DNA of 62,926 bases, counting the filler, from Ionaspis alba (Eukaryota), in assembly GCA_964255285.1 (NCBI GenBank). It is 11 parts of 11 records of this genome, joined end to end, with 100 filler letters (N's around TTAATTAATTAA, not from the genome) between each part and the next. Parts side by side here need not be neighbours in the genome. Positions count along the whole stretch, not along the records: positions 34,524 to 40,144 come from CAXUUL010000994.1; positions 40,245 to 45,859 come from CAXUUL010000995.1; positions 45,960 to 51,554 come from CAXUUL010000996.1; 8 more parts are not named here. One strand, written 5' to 3'. The position numbers and the translations under genes are program-made. The notes beneath the pieces are model-generated. The model ran no database searches, was not told the origin of the DNA, and saw only the letters and a program-made list of their open reading frames with translations. Every line of letters begins with the position of its first letter. The first letter of the stretch is position 1. Below are positions 38,077-51,654 of this stretch, piece after piece.

Positions 38077-40144
38077 TTTTTCTGCATCGCTCTGGCCCTG
38101 TTGTTGCATTTCTCTATGGCTCAGGCAACTCAACTGCTGCCGTCGCCGATATCTGTTCCTGCACAGCCAAATTGGTATATTCCACAGTGAAAGGTCTTGA
38201 TACCGCTGCTCCAGCTAATACTGTACATTCTCAGGCTAGGATATGATGGCCAATGGTCAGCATCCACCATCCGGGTCGGCACTCCACCTCAGTGGGTGGC
38301 CCTCTTACCATCAACAGCCGGGCAAGAAACATGGGTAATCGGCACCAGTGGCTGCGATGGATCAGACACCTGCAGGACCAAACGTGGTGGTCTCTTCGAG
38401 GCGAACATTTCTTCGACCTGGCACAATGTCGGACCATACGCGTTGGGTTTGGACCCTCAACTCGGATATACTGGTGCTGGAAGTTATGGATTCGACAGTA
38501 TTGCTATCAGTGAGGATGCAAGTGTCAAGGATCAGATTGTGTCGATTGTCAATGATACGCAGTATTGGCTGGGATATCTTGGACTCGGTGTCAAGGGGAC
38601 CAATTTTACGCAGGAGAATAAACCTACGTTTTTGTCTTCTATGACGACGAGTCAGAATCTTAGTTTGAGCTATGGGTATACGGCGGGTGCTTACTATCGT
38701 AAGACAATTCTCTTCATACTTGGGATGATATGCTGATAGATTCAGAACTGAAAAAGGTTGTCTCTTCCCTGACACTTGGAGGCTACGATCGAAACAGATT
38801 CATCCCCAACAATCTCACATTATCTCTTGACTCCGATCAAAAGCCCGTCGTAACAATCAACAAGATAACAGCTTCCACAAAGTCAAAATCGTCTACCATC
38901 AGCAAATATTGGGGCAAAGACGTCTCTCCGATCCTCCTTGATACCGTCGACGCCGATCTTTTCACCATCGACTCCTCCACACCATACCTATGGCTGCCAG
39001 AGAACGTCTGCAAGAACTTTGAGACCACCCTCGGCCTGACGTACAACGAAACCCTTCAGCTTTACACCTATAACAGTACTCTCCAGCATTCGTTGTTGAG
39101 GTCTGCAGGTATAACATTCAACTTCACCCTCACCGATCTACCCGGCTCTCAAAACACCATTATGCTATCCATACCATTCGACGCCGGAGACTTGACATTA
39201 TCATATGGATTCCCCGGCCTCAACATGACAGCCTACTCCCCTGACGTCCCCTACTTCCCACTACGAAAAGCCGCCAACTCAACCCAATACACCATCGGCC
39301 GCATGTTCCTCCAAGAAACCTACCTGATAGTCGACTACCAACGCAACAACTTCTCCATCTCCCAAGCCGTCTTCGGCACCAACGCCATCCAAAACACCTC
39401 CCTAGTCGCCATCCTGCCCCCCAACGCCATCGCTCTAACCAGCACCTCGCAAACCCCCTCCCAGAGTCTCAGCACCGGCGCTCTAATCGGCATCGCCGTC
39501 GGCGCAACAGTCTGCGTCGTCATTCTCGCCATCCTCATAGGATGCTACCTCCTCCGCCGTCGCTGGCGCCGCCAATCCGCTAACGGCAAAACCCTCCCGA
39601 AACCTCGTAACGCCTTCACCCGCTGGCTCCGCAATCTCTACACACCGTCAGACCCCACCCCCGAACTCGACAGCTCCCACGGTCCTGCCTACGAAGTCGA
39701 CCCCAACACCGACATCAAAGAACTGCCCTCGACGCCTCTCCCCGCGCGCGAACTCGCCGGCCCCGGCAAATATCTCGTCGACGAGAAATACTACGTCTCC
39801 ACGCCCACGGGTCACAACCCACAAGTACCCGTCGAGTTACCGGCAAGCACCAGCATGCCGGATGTCTATCAGCTGGCAGGAGATATCAGTCCTGATGAGA
39901 GGACGGAAACGAGTATCTACTCCCCTGATTGCGTGGGCAAGGTCTCGCCACGCAGTACCAATTTCACGGGCACGAGTCATCCATCCAGCGATCGCTCGAC
40001 GATGGTGTTGAGTCCGCTTACGCCGGAGGGGAGGTCGATGCTGCATTTGGGAGCGCCGAGTCCGTTGACGCCGGATTTTAGAGAGGCGGATTTGCAGACG
40101 GGGTATTTGCAGTGTTTGCCGTCGCCGCCGACGGATTGGGAAAG
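38077..40144 (+). CDS. A1 aspartic-protease-fold type I membrane protein (start in gap, 3' partial; introns at about 38175-38234 and 38699-38750)
   Basis: W.GYDGQWS, VGTPPQ, SYGYTAGA.Y, SLTLGGYD, IDSSTPYLWLP, GRMFLQETYL.VDY.R.NFS and the TM helix GALIGIAVGATVCVVILAILIGCYLL-RRRWRR. Confidence 0.85.
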
Positions 40145-41120
40145 NNNNNNNNNNNNNNNNNNNNNNNNNNNNNNNNNNNNNNNNNNNNTTAATTAATTAA
40201 NNNNNNNNNNNNNNNNNNNNNNNNNNNNNNNNNNNNNNNNNNNNTGGTCGGGAATGACGATTCGGGGAGATGTGAAGTGGAGCCGCTGCAAAACATAGTT
40301 GCGTCGACTTTCCACCAGGATCAATGCTTTGAGGAGCTGGTTCGGGACCAACGGTGCACAACCTTTACCATGGAAGGAATCGAAGCACCAGTCGGAGATC
40401 TTGGCATTAGTCGGAGCATGGGGGCCCATTGGAGGCGCTATGGGTGTGATGGCGGTTGTGGATGGTGGGGTGGAGACCCACGGACCTCCAACGATCTGGC
40501 GGGAGCAGCGGTACGTATCGTGGGAGCTGGCGTCACTGGTCAACGGTCATCAGATAGTAGGCATCAAGAAAGCATAGAATTTATGAGCTTCATAGTGTTC
40601 TTTTTCCGTTGTGGAACATTTACATTCTTCTCCAACAGCTACAAGATAAAATATTACAAATTGCCTTCGATTCCGTTTTGACTCTCTTCCTTCGCCGTCT
40701 CCGAAGTGGTTCTTCTGTCTCGGGACCTTTCAACGCGCCACGTCGAGCTACGACAAGCTATACGACTTATAGCAAGCAATCGACAGATTTGTCTCCACAT
40801 CATGCTCTATCCTTGCTCGTTATAGACCGTCAGCCGCGATAACCTTCGTCTGTTCTTTCTCCAGAGCAGATCCAACCTATCAGAGCTTCACCTTCAACTT
40901 CTGTGACCCCCACCTGCTCGAAATCTTAATCCTTCCTATCCTCTAATACTCCAAATCTTTGCTTTCTCCTCTTAGAACACAATCCGACTCGCTCCAAATT
41001 TCCCTTACGATCTACACTAAAGTCAGATCCCGTCGATATTCCTCGGTTTCTGCGGCTGCTGATCGCCCATCGACTCCAACGAACTATCTGCAAGGCACGC
41101 GGCCGGTTGGGTTGTTCAAG

Positions 41121-42167
41121 ATGTCCATAAAGTTAGTTTCAAGATTCACATATCTCATAGACACCCCTCCGTCCCCGGTCTTTCTCTTAGGAGGCATTCA
41201 TGTCCTGAGTGGACTACACACTCTCTTGTTGTTGTACAACTGCTTTTAAAAACTGCCACTGTTTGTTCCTTGATACCTATCACGATGCCCACCACCTCCA
41301 CCAAGAATGTTATGCTAAAGAAATTACGCGCTGTTCGTGATAGTTGGGTTATGCTCGACGAACACACTGGCTTTGTTCCTCTTCCACGAGAACGGATACT
41401 CTTCACCTCGCCGCCTCGGACTACTCTCGTTCTTCAAACGCCAAATTCATATCCCGGAAAGGAGCCTCTAGCAATACAAAGCTCTGCCGGGACTGCATTT
41501 CTCACAAACCAACGGGTGAGCACGTATCCCATATTACGGTGTTGTAGCTTGCTAACGGGTATCCAAGCTCGTCTACCTACCAGCAAGCCCGACATCTCAA
41601 CTGCAGTCCTTCTCTGCGCCTATCCTGAATCTCCAGGATACACACGTGTCTGCACCATTCTTTGGCCCGAATGTATGGACTGGGATCCTGCAACCTGTCA
41701 GTGGAGGAGGCATACCACCACAGCACGCATATGTCGAAATAAAAATGACTTTCAAGGACGGCGGAGCATTTGACTTTCATTCGAATTTTGAGCGAGTCAA
41801 GGAAACATTATCACAAGCGGTAGAGGTGGCTCGGGAAAGCGGGCGTGCTGGGCAGGCACCCAACATCGACCTATCTACCGTCAATCTGGAGCAGCTCCCA
41901 GCGTATGAAGAATTGGGAGGTGGGCTTTCGTCGCCTCCACCACGAACAGATCCGCCGGCACCATTCGCTCCTACAGCTGTTCGACCGCCACAATCGAGGG
42001 AAGCTGTCTTGAACTCGTTCAGTCCTCCGAATGAGAATACTCCTCCTGCTCGACCTGCAGCGCAGCAGCAATTTCAGCCACCGAGCGGACCACCCCCAGG
42101 ATACGAGGAAGCGCAGCAGAGTAGTGTCGTGAACAATCTGGAGGAAAGCATACGTCGATCACAATGA
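41121..42167 (+). CDS. WW-domain-binding protein 2 (WBP2)-like GRAM/PH protein; introns 41132-41343 and 41516-41567
   Basis: Spliced start MSINWVML, then G..FLTNQR/LVY, APFFGPN.W, FKDGGAFDF and C-terminal LPAY and PPGY motifs. Confidence 0.85.
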
Positions 42168-42627
42168 TTTGGAAGAATTTTCTTTGGAGGGGCTGAGTAA
42201 AGACATTGACATGATTGATGATGGAGGCAAGGATTCGAGCATTGGCGTAAAGGATTGAAAGGACAAAACGGAGGACAAATTTGTAGGATAAGTAATTTTA
42301 ATGGAGGTTTGAGTGTCATAAATCTGGTGTGCGAAAGGTTCTTCGTCTTGTAGCAATATTCGATAGTCCATCTCAAGGCTTGCCAACATGGTTGACCAAT
42401 CAGCGCCGAGCTCCCGGTGACGCTAACAACTGTCCTATCGATGTTGCCTCATCACCACCATCTATCATAGTCACGCTTCATCAAGCTTCTGTCTACCACG
42501 CCACTCAGCTCTCCCCGCCATAACATCTGGTGGCTTGAATTATAGAAGTCTCTTGCGACTATTTTGAAGTGGCGACTTGTAACTCCTCCGGCCCATCAAG
42601 GGCAGGACCGACGAACAGCCACCCACG

Positions 42628-45480
42628 ATGGGTGCACCGAATACGTTGTTCCGCTCGGCGGAAATGTCCTTGACGCAACTATACATTTCCAATGAGATTG
42701 GNNNNNNNNNNNNNNNNNNNNNNNNNNNNNNNNNNNNNNNNNNNNNNNNNNNNNNNNNNNNNNNNNNNNNNNNNNNNNNNNNNNNNNNNNNNNNNNNNNN
42801 NACATTCACTCAGGAAATAAGGAGATTAGATAATGTGGAAAGACAGCTCCGTAGGCCTTCTCATACCCCTCAAATATGATCACGCTGACATTTTGCAGGT
42901 TATTTCCAAACTCACATTGAGAAGGAGTCGATACCTATGAGGCCACGACACGACTTCGACAACATCCTAGCAGCACCATCAGCATCTGAGATTGACGAGT
43001 TGGCAGAACGAAGTGAAAGCCTTGAGCAGCGAATAGCTTCCCTCAACGACAGCTACGAGACATTGAAGAAGCGAGAAGTGGAGCTCACAGAGTGGCGATG
43101 GGTATTGAGAGAAGCAGGAGGGTTCTTTGATCGGGTATGTAAACTCCTTCACAAGAGATGTGATCATAGCTCAGACTGATAGGCTTTCAAGGCACATGGA
43201 AATGTCGATGAAATTCGCCAATCCACCGACAATGACGAAGCCCCACTGCTGCAAGACATTGAACATCAGCCACGCGGACAGCACGGAGACAATGCTGGTC
43301 AACAGTCCTTTGCTGTCATGAACATCGGTTTTGTTGCAGGTGTCATACCAAGGGAGAGAATCGCAGCCTTCGAGCGAATATTGTGGCGGACACTACGTGG
43401 TAATCTGTACATGAATCAGACGGAGATACCAGAGCCTATCATCGACCCTACGAACAATGAAGAGACACACAAGAACGTCTTTGTCATCTTTGCACATGGA
43501 AAGGAGATTATTGCCAAGATCCGCAAGATCTCGGAGTCTCTTGGAGCAGATCTCTACTCCGTCGACGAGAACAGTGATGAGAGACGTGACCAAATCCACG
43601 AAGTCAATACGCGACTTGCGGATCTTGCAAATGTGCTGAGGAACACTAAGAACACACTTGACGCTGAGCTCACACAGATTGCGAGGAGTCTTGCCGCCTG
43701 GATGGTCATCATCAAGAAGGAGAAGGGTGTCTACGAGACCCTGAATCGGTGCTCATATGATCAAGCAAGGAAGACTCTCATCGCAGAAGCATGGGTTCCC
43801 ACAAATTCTCTGGGTCTCATCAAGTCTACACTTCAAGACGTCAATGATCGTGCTGGTCTCTCAGTCCCGACCATTGTCAACCAGATCAAGACATCGAAGA
43901 CGCCTCCAACGTACAACAAAACCAACAAGTTCACGGAAGCTTTCCAGACCATCATCAATGCTTATGGAACAGCCAAATATACCGAAGTCAATCCTGGATT
44001 GCCAACCATTGTGACCTTCCCTTTCCTCTTCGCTGTCATGTTCGGAGATCTCGGCCACGGGTTCCTGATGACTTGCGCCGCACTTGCCATGATCTACTGG
44101 GAAAAGCCTCTACTGAAAAGGAAGAACGACGAATTATTCGCTATGGCCTTCTATGGACGCTACATCATGCTGATGATGGGAATCTTCTCTATGTACACTG
44201 GGCTGATCTATAACGACATGTTCTCTAAAGCAGTCGATCTGTTCCCAAGTCAATTCGAGTGGCCACACAAGTTCAAAGAGGGTGACACCGTCACTGCTAC
44301 ATTGAAGGAAGGTTATAGATACCCTTTTGGATTGGATTGGGGCTGGCATGATACTGAGACTGAGCTTCTCTTTGGCAACAGCTATAAGATGAAGCTCAGT
44401 ATTATCATGGGATGGGCACATGTAAGTCTACGATGCCATAAGCCTCTAATTTCCAGTCTGATTTCTATAGATGACATACTCCCTCTGCTTATCATACATC
44501 AACGCTCGACACTTCAAATCACCCATCGACATCTGGGGAAACTTCGTCCCCGGCATGATCTTCTTCCAATCCATTTTCGGCTACCTCGTCTTTACCATCG
44601 TCTTCAAATGGTCCGTCGACTGGTACGCCATCAAACAACAACCACCAGGACTCCTCAACATGCTCATCTATATGTTTCTTTCACCCGGCACCATTGTCGA
44701 ACCGCTTTATAGTGGTCAGAAACAAGTCCAAATCTGCCTCTTGCTTCTCGCTGTTGTCTGTGTGCCCATATTACTGCTCTTGAAACCGTTGTATCTCAGG
44801 TACGAGCACAATAAAGCTCGCGCTATGGGCTATCGTGGCATTGGCGAGAATTCGAGAGTCAGTGCTCTTGATGCGGATGATGAGAATGGGCATGCGATGA
44901 ATGGAGGTAGGGATAGTATGGGCTCGGATCGCGAGGCTGCGGCTATGATTACGCAGGATATTGGGGATGAGGAGCACGAGGAGTTTGAATTCTCCGAGGT
45001 CATGATTCATCAGACTATTCATACGATTGGTGAGAGTCTTGAACTCCCCCGTTTCGCTCCAAGGCTAATGATGACTGCCAGAATTCTGTCTGAACTGTGT
45101 CTCCCATACCGCTTCCTACCTCCGCCTGTGGGCCCTGTCGCTCGCCCATCAGCAGCTCTCGATCGTGCTATGGAACATGACACTCAACCAGGCTTTCGCA
45201 CGACCGGGTGTGATTGGTGTTATTATGACTGTCGTTACCTTTTACATGTGGTTCTTCCTCACAATCGCTATTCTTTGCGTCATGGAGGGTACCTCGGCTA
45301 TGCTTCACAGTCTGCGTTTGCATTGGGTGAGTCCGCAGTCCTTCTCGCCGCCTTTTGACGCTGGACACTGGCTAATGCAGTGAATAGGTCGAAGCTATGT
45401 CGAAGCACTTCATTGGCGATGGTGTTCCGTTCGAGCCTTTTTCGTTCAAGCTCATATTGGAGGAAGAAAGTGGGGAGTAG
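42628..45480 (+). CDS. VPH1: V-type H+-ATPase V0 subunit a (multi-exon; internal N gap)
   Basis: [54 protein letters not shown] and LRLHW/VEAMSK. Confidence 0.95.
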
Positions 45481-46303
45481 ATGGGGCTTGGTGTGCACGC
45501 TGTTCAAGAAGATGTATATAGATAGGAGGAATACTTATATATGATTACCTGATCACGTTGACCTACATCTTCGTCCTCCTCGTTATTCAGTTTGAAGTAT
45601 TCGCAGATTTGACATTGATTTCTGTATTGTCGTGCGGTGTCCGCCGCGTCCTCTCTCTTTTTCTTTTTTCTTTTCAGTTCCGATGGTGAAATTCTGTGTA
45701 CGTCGTTGATATTGAAATTTTGACAAGATTAGATCAACTATATATGAAACAAACGCCTTGGGTAACGGTGGCAGCTATGGCCGGGCCCGTGAGGGTGCCC
45801 GTGGGGAATGGCGAGAGAGGGGAGGAAGAGGAGGAAAGGGAGGGAGCAACGGGGTGGGTNNNNNNNNNNNNNNNNNNNNNNNNNNNNNNNNNNNNNNNNN
45901 NNNTTAATTAATTAANNNNNNNNNNNNNNNNNNNNNNNNNNNNNNNNNNNNNNNNNNNNTGCAGGGGGAGGGATTGGGGAGGGATGGGGTGGGGGAGTGT
46001 GTGTTTGGATATACAGAGCGTGGAGTTTGGATGGGATATATGCTTGGATTGGATATGGGTATTGGATGAGCTTTCTTGATGGTGGCGAGGATTGGATGAG
46101 ATCCACGTGTAGCGTTCTGTTGAACGGGATGGTCCGTAGATACATTGGTAGGATATACATAACGCTTCTGGATTGAAACTCCGATTGGAACCCTGGCCTT
46201 CTGGATGTCCAAGCGAAATAGGTATTTTCCATGACACTTGAATGACTGCGATGCCCTTTTCACCCCCATAGCTCTCCGTACCATTTGCCTCACTGTCTGT
46301 CAA

Positions 46304-46984
46304 TCATCCTCCGAAATCCCCGCCCTGGGCCCCAACATCACCCACCACGCCCTTCGCCCCCAACCTCTCCACAACACCCTTCCTCAACCCCAACCTCCTC
46401 TCAATCTCCCCCGCTTCCATCCCCTTCTCATCCCTCAACGACAACATCTGCCGTATGAGCACCACATCCAAGAACCTCCTCCCCTCAAACCCTCTCCGTC
46501 CCATATCCGCGAACTCCGCTTCCGCTTCGTCCGTCAGCCGATTGCGGGCGTCGACGACCTGGATGGCGGGATTGGTCGCCGGAGAAGGAAACATCTGCGG
46601 ATGCGTGGGAGAGGGGCCGGTAGTGGATTGTTGGGATGTGCTGGCGTAGCTATTGAAGGTTGAGGAGTTGGAAAGCGTGGGCGATGGCGTTACAGGACCA
46701 ATGGAGCGTAGGGAGCGTGCGAAGTCGGGGTCGGCGGCGTCGCGGGAGATTGCTGGATTTAGATCAGTTGATAACATTGGTGGAGTATAGGAAGAAAAGC
46801 ATATACTATCGTCGCGCGTGGCACTTGCGTGCGTCTTTGGGTGGACCGTGGGACCGCTTTCAGAGGGCGGCGGCGGAGAATTGTAGGCGGGCGAGGGAGT
46901 ATTCGGAGGGATACGGGTGGGGTACTTGCGTGTTGCGGCGCCAGCGGCAGTTTTAGCTGCTGACTTTGAGGCAGATGAGCCCAT
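46304..46984 (-). CDS. Conserved fungal hypothetical protein with C-terminal helix-turn-helix; in-frame 54-nt intron at about 46807-46754
   Basis: MGSSASK...RKYP, DAADPDF, NPA..V..AR, GRRFLDV..IRQ.L.LRD and EIERRLGLRKGVV. Confidence 0.75.
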   Translation of the reverse strand: MGSSASKSAAKTAAGAATRKYPTRIPPNTPSPAYNSPPPPSESGPTVHPKTHASATRDDSICFSSYTPPMLSTDLNPAISRDAADPDFARSLRSIGPVTPSPTLSNSSTFNSYASTSQQSTTGPSPTHPQMFPSPATNPAIQVVDARNRLTDEAEAEFADMGRRGFEGRRFLDVVLIRQMLSLRDEKGMEAGEIERRLGLRKGVVERLGAKGVVGDVGAQGGDFGG

Positions 46985-47383
46985 TGTTGGTGCTGTAGGA
47001 GCTTCAATTGGGTGCAGGTTGACTATAAAGCCAGGTACCTTCTTTCGATGACAATGAGGTCATAAACGTGCATAATTGTGGTATAAATCTTTTGTGCCAC
47101 AAGGCATCGAAATAGTGGCATTGAAGGGAAGCTAAGCCACGATAGGTAGCTGCATCCTGGACATCTTATCGATTTTCGGGTCTCGTTCGCCAATACCCCT
47201 CCATTGCCCCACCTAGAGCTCCGTTACGAAATCTTCATGTACAAAAGCTTCCCCATCTTTTCATATTCAAGCATCACCAGCTCATCCAGATATAAGTTGT
47301 GGGGACCTCCAGCCTACTTTAATCTGCTTGAACTCCGATATTCGTTATCTACCTCCAGTTTCCGTAGCAACCAAATTAACAAG

Positions 47384-48939
47384 ATGTCCGACCTCGAGAT
47401 CGAGCTCACAGCGCCTAATGGCCGCAAATACAAGCAACCGACTGGACTGTTCATCAATAACGAATGGGTAAAGGCCAAGAAAGGAGAGAAAATTACTAGC
47501 ATAAATCCCACGTATGCTACCCCATATCACGCTACCTATATCGACTGACCCTTTTCCGTAGTGACGAGTCAGAAATCTGCTCTGTTCAATGCGCCTCCGC
47601 TGAAGACGTCGACACAGCTGTTGCAGCTGCCCGGAAAGCTTTCAAAGCCGAGTCATGGCGGGACATATCACCCACAGACCGCGGCAAGATGCTCTTCAAG
47701 CTTGCTTCCTTAGTGGAGGAGCACGTCGAGACTATGGCTACCATTGAGACATGGGATAATGGCAAACCTTACTCTGTCGCCTTGAATGATGATTTGGGAG
47801 AGGTTGTATCGACCTTCAGATACTACGGTGGCTATGCAGACAAAGTCCATGGGCAGGTCATCGACACTACTCCTGCCAAACTTGCATATACTTTGAGACA
47901 GCCAGTGGGGGTATGTGCACAAGTCATCCCGTGGAACTTTCCCTGTCTTATGGCGGCATGGAAATTGGGGCCTGCTCTTGCATGCGGTAATACTGTGGTC
48001 ATCAAAGCTGCCGAGCAGACACCATTGAGCATTTTGTATCTCGCCAACCTGATCAAGGAAGCTGGTTTCCCACCAGGCGTGGTCAATGTGCTCAATGGTA
48101 TTGGCAAAGATGCTGGTGCAGCAATGGCCAGTCATCTTGATGTCGACAAGGTCGCGTTCACAGGGTCAACAGTGACTGGAAAGCAGATCATGAAGATGGC
48201 CAGCGTCAACATGAAGAGCATCACTCTCGAGACGGGAGGAAAGTCCCCCATACTCGTCTTCGACGATGCCGACCTCGATCAAGCTGTCAAATGGAGCCAC
48301 ATCGGAATCATGTACAACATGGGCCAGGTCTGCACAGCAACATCACGTATCTTGGTCCAAGAAGGCATTTACGACAAATTCGTCGAGCAATTCAAGGAGC
48401 AAGTCAAGAACGTCAGCAAAGTCGGGGACCCCTTCAAGGACGACACCTTCCAGGGCCCACAAGTCACAAAAGCTCAGTTTGAGAAAGTCCTTGGATATAT
48501 CGATTCGGGCAAGTCAGAGGGTGCCACACTAGCCATGGGAGGCGAGGTGCACAAGAACGCAAACGGCAAAGGCTTCTTCATTGCTCCCACTATTTTTACG
48601 AACGTCAAGGACAGCATGAAGATCTACCGAGAAGAAGTCTTCGGTCCCTTCGCTGTCATTTCCTCTTTCAAGACTGAAGAGGAAGCTGTCGAGAGAGCCA
48701 ATGACACTACCTACGGACTGGGAAGTGCGGTGTTCACGCAAGATATCACGAAAGCGCATCGGGTAGCCAGGAATATCGAGGCGGGTATGGTGTGGATCAA
48801 TAGCAGTAATGACAGCGATTTCCGCATTCCGTTCGGAGGGGTTAAACAGAGTGGGATTGGGAGAGAGTTGGGAGAGGCGGGATTGGCGGCTTATACGACT
48901 GTGAAAGCTGTGCATGTTAATCTCGGGAACAGACTATGA
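47384..48939 (+). CDS. NAD(P)-dependent aldehyde dehydrogenase (ALDH1/2-like); intron 47512-47561
   Basis: QPTGLFINNE, IPWNFP, FTGST, LETGGKSP, GQVCTA, EEVFGP and PFGGVKQSG. Confidence 0.95.
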
Positions 48940-49301
48940 GGTAAAGGGGTAAAAGGTTCTTATATTCGTAGAATCTGTTAGGGTAATACTGTAACCGCGA
49001 AGCGCCGTGCTACAAACTTCCAAATACCCTGAAAATTGGTTTCCGCTTAACGTCTGACGACGTAGCCTGGAGTGGTGGGTGGGGGAAGTCGTGGTCATAT
49101 TGTAAGAATCAGGGAATTGTCGGAAACGCACCTGCGGATTGCTGTGTCTCTGAGAAGACAGTCTGGTCATGTTCTGTCAAATGATAAATTAACCAACACA
49201 AAGCAGGATATGCTCTCTATCCAGATCTGCGTGGCACTCGCACAATCACAACGATCCATTGGCGCTTGAAATTACTTCTCAACCTCTTTGAAATCCATGT
49301 A

Positions 49302-50098
49302 CTAGTCGCATCTCAGAGGCTTCCTTCCCAGTACTATCAACATGTCAAGCCCGATACTCACCCCTTGCTGAGTCTCCAGCACCGCTTGGTCAAAAGTCTC
49401 CTGAAAGGCTCGGTACGAGTCAGCGGCTTCGCCGTCCTGCTGGCTCGCAGCTCGACGAGCGCTCTCGATAGCCATGAGGGATAATTCGGTTATTGACTTC
49501 CGGAATGGATCCGTGGTGGGTAGGCGAAGTGAATCGAGTACCTGAAATCCGCTGGTGGCAAAACTATCGGCAAGCTGGGCTATCCACCTGAAGGGAAACG
49601 GTGAAGAATTAAATCCTGCACGTGACATCAACCGGAGTTGCAGGCGACAAACCTGAGATCGATACCCTGCTTATCGCAGAGACCAAGAAACTCATCGACC
49701 AGTTTCTCGCTGTTGTGCTTCGCGACGATGTCGTTCGGGGCATGGGCATTGTAGGTCGGAAGGTCCAGCTCGTCCCATTGGAGGTAGCCACCTGGTTCTA
49801 TCGGTGAANNNNNNNNNNNNNNNNNNNNNNNNNNNNNNNNNNNNNNNNNNNNNNNNNNNNNNNNNNNNNNNNNNNNNNNNNNNNNNNNNNNNNNNNNNNN
49901 NNNNNNNNAAGCGGTACTGCCATAACCAGTGCTGACAGCTCAATCTAATTAAGTAGCGCCAGGGTTATTTATGTAGATGTCATAAGCAGACCCGAAAACT
50001 TGCCTGACAGATTCTTGGTATCCTCGGCCTAATAGGTATTGTGTCTGCTTAGCTGAGCGTCCTGTATCCGCCATTACAGAAAATTCTTTCGCTGACAT
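49302..50098 (-). CDS. Class I SAM-dependent methyltransferase (fungal secondary-metabolism-associated type); middle lost in N gap
   Basis: Spliced N-terminus YLLGRGYQESVR/LSCQHWLW. After the gap, (K)PGGYLQWDELD, then C-terminal ...IVLGRKP. Confidence 0.75.
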
Positions 50099-50558
50099 GG
50101 CTCCACCATTAGATAGAATCAGACATGAACTAGGAAGACTGTCTCTGTGGAAAATACTATCAGCAAGATGGTATGGGTTCTAAATGATGGAATCATTTAT
50201 ATTGAGAAGAAGCACAAGCCAGATATTGTTGAGACTTAGAAGTGGAAGAGATGTGTGATTACGAGATCGGTCACCATAGAAACAGGGAATGAGTCGTCGA
50301 GGTCGTACACTTCATGACCCACGCACGCAGCAAACAAAGCTTGTACTCTGGTCAGATCGAGTCCAGTGGTAGAGTGGGCCGTACACAATTCTATCTTGCC
50401 AACAAATGTACTGACACAAAGTCTTTGGCTATCCAGAGAGTATCAATCGCTCTAGGACACCTGACACTAAAGCTTGAGTGGCTGGCAGCGAGCCACATGA
50501 TGGTTTATCAACTGAGGGCATCGATGGCCTTGACATGTAAATCATCCGCGGAGACTTG

Positions 50559-51484
50559 ATAAGGTTGACCAGAGGCTGATGTCAAGCCCTGGTACTCTTG
50601 CAATATGGGTGGAGGAGGTCTTGATGACTCCCTCCAATTGCAGGACCACAGCCAGCATAAACAAGAATGCATCACTGGTAAAGTAGGTGTGATAGTTTCT
50701 GCATACATAAGGTGCATTGAAAGTTTAGCATGCCTGGACCAATTGGTGAAATGCAATCAAGACGCCAACAGATTGGACATCTTCACCAGATGAGATCGGG
50801 GGCGCATCTGTAGAGGGATCTCAGAGGCTCTCTGGATAATCAGATGGGAGGGAAAAAAGAAAAAATCGCCCATGGTAGCACGGAAAGACTGGCTCGCGTA
50901 CATGCAGATCATGGTCTCGCATAAGGGAAGCCCAACATTAGAGGGGTGGCGATCATTGATGGAACACCTTATCGACTTCTCTTCAAAGAAGCGTAGGGGC
51001 AATTCCCAGACAATCCTTCTCATTCCAGCTTGTTTCTGCATAAACTTTAATTTGAAGAAAAGATCAGCTGAGTAACCAGAGCGTTGCAGAATTAATCTTT
51101 CTTCCCTCTACACATCTGCAGCTTCGGAAGCTTTCGCACATGGTGACTGCAGAGGAGAGCGGGAGAGCGGGAGAGCGCGATCACTTGGGTTGCAGGAAAT
51201 GTGGAGGATGGCCGAGTTTGGAACGGGGCATGAATGTGAGTTCGTCCTACGGGAAAGATCTCGCACGGATGGATCTCCGCAACTGCCGAAGTTGCGTCAA
51301 CGTGCTCGGCTATTCGCAGGACGATATCAAAGTGGCTTGAGATCCTGCATGGAGCTACTCCCTGCAGAGCACCACTCTCGTCGAGGTAAGAACAAAAGGT
51401 CTGAGAGTCGTCGTCTAATAGGTCTGGCTCACTGGGCGTCATTGGCAATTCGAAGCAATCTAGCTGCATCAATAGCAGTTCGAT
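50559..51484 (-). CDS. Possible 3' exons of an unidentified multi-exon gene
   Basis: Acceptor-preceded open frames (IELLLMQLDCFELP...; NYHTYFTSDAFLFMLAVVLQLE...*). I recognise no motif. Confidence 0.25.
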
Positions 51485-51654
51485 CTATAAAAGAAAGCGG
51501 CGCGAGAAGCATCAACCCGTCGACATCCGGCCAAGTCGATACTCGAGCCAGGATNNNNNNNNNNNNNNNNNNNNNNNNNNNNNNNNNNNNNNNNNNNNTT
51601 AATTAATTAANNNNNNNNNNNNNNNNNNNNNNNNNNNNNNNNNNNNNNNNNNNN

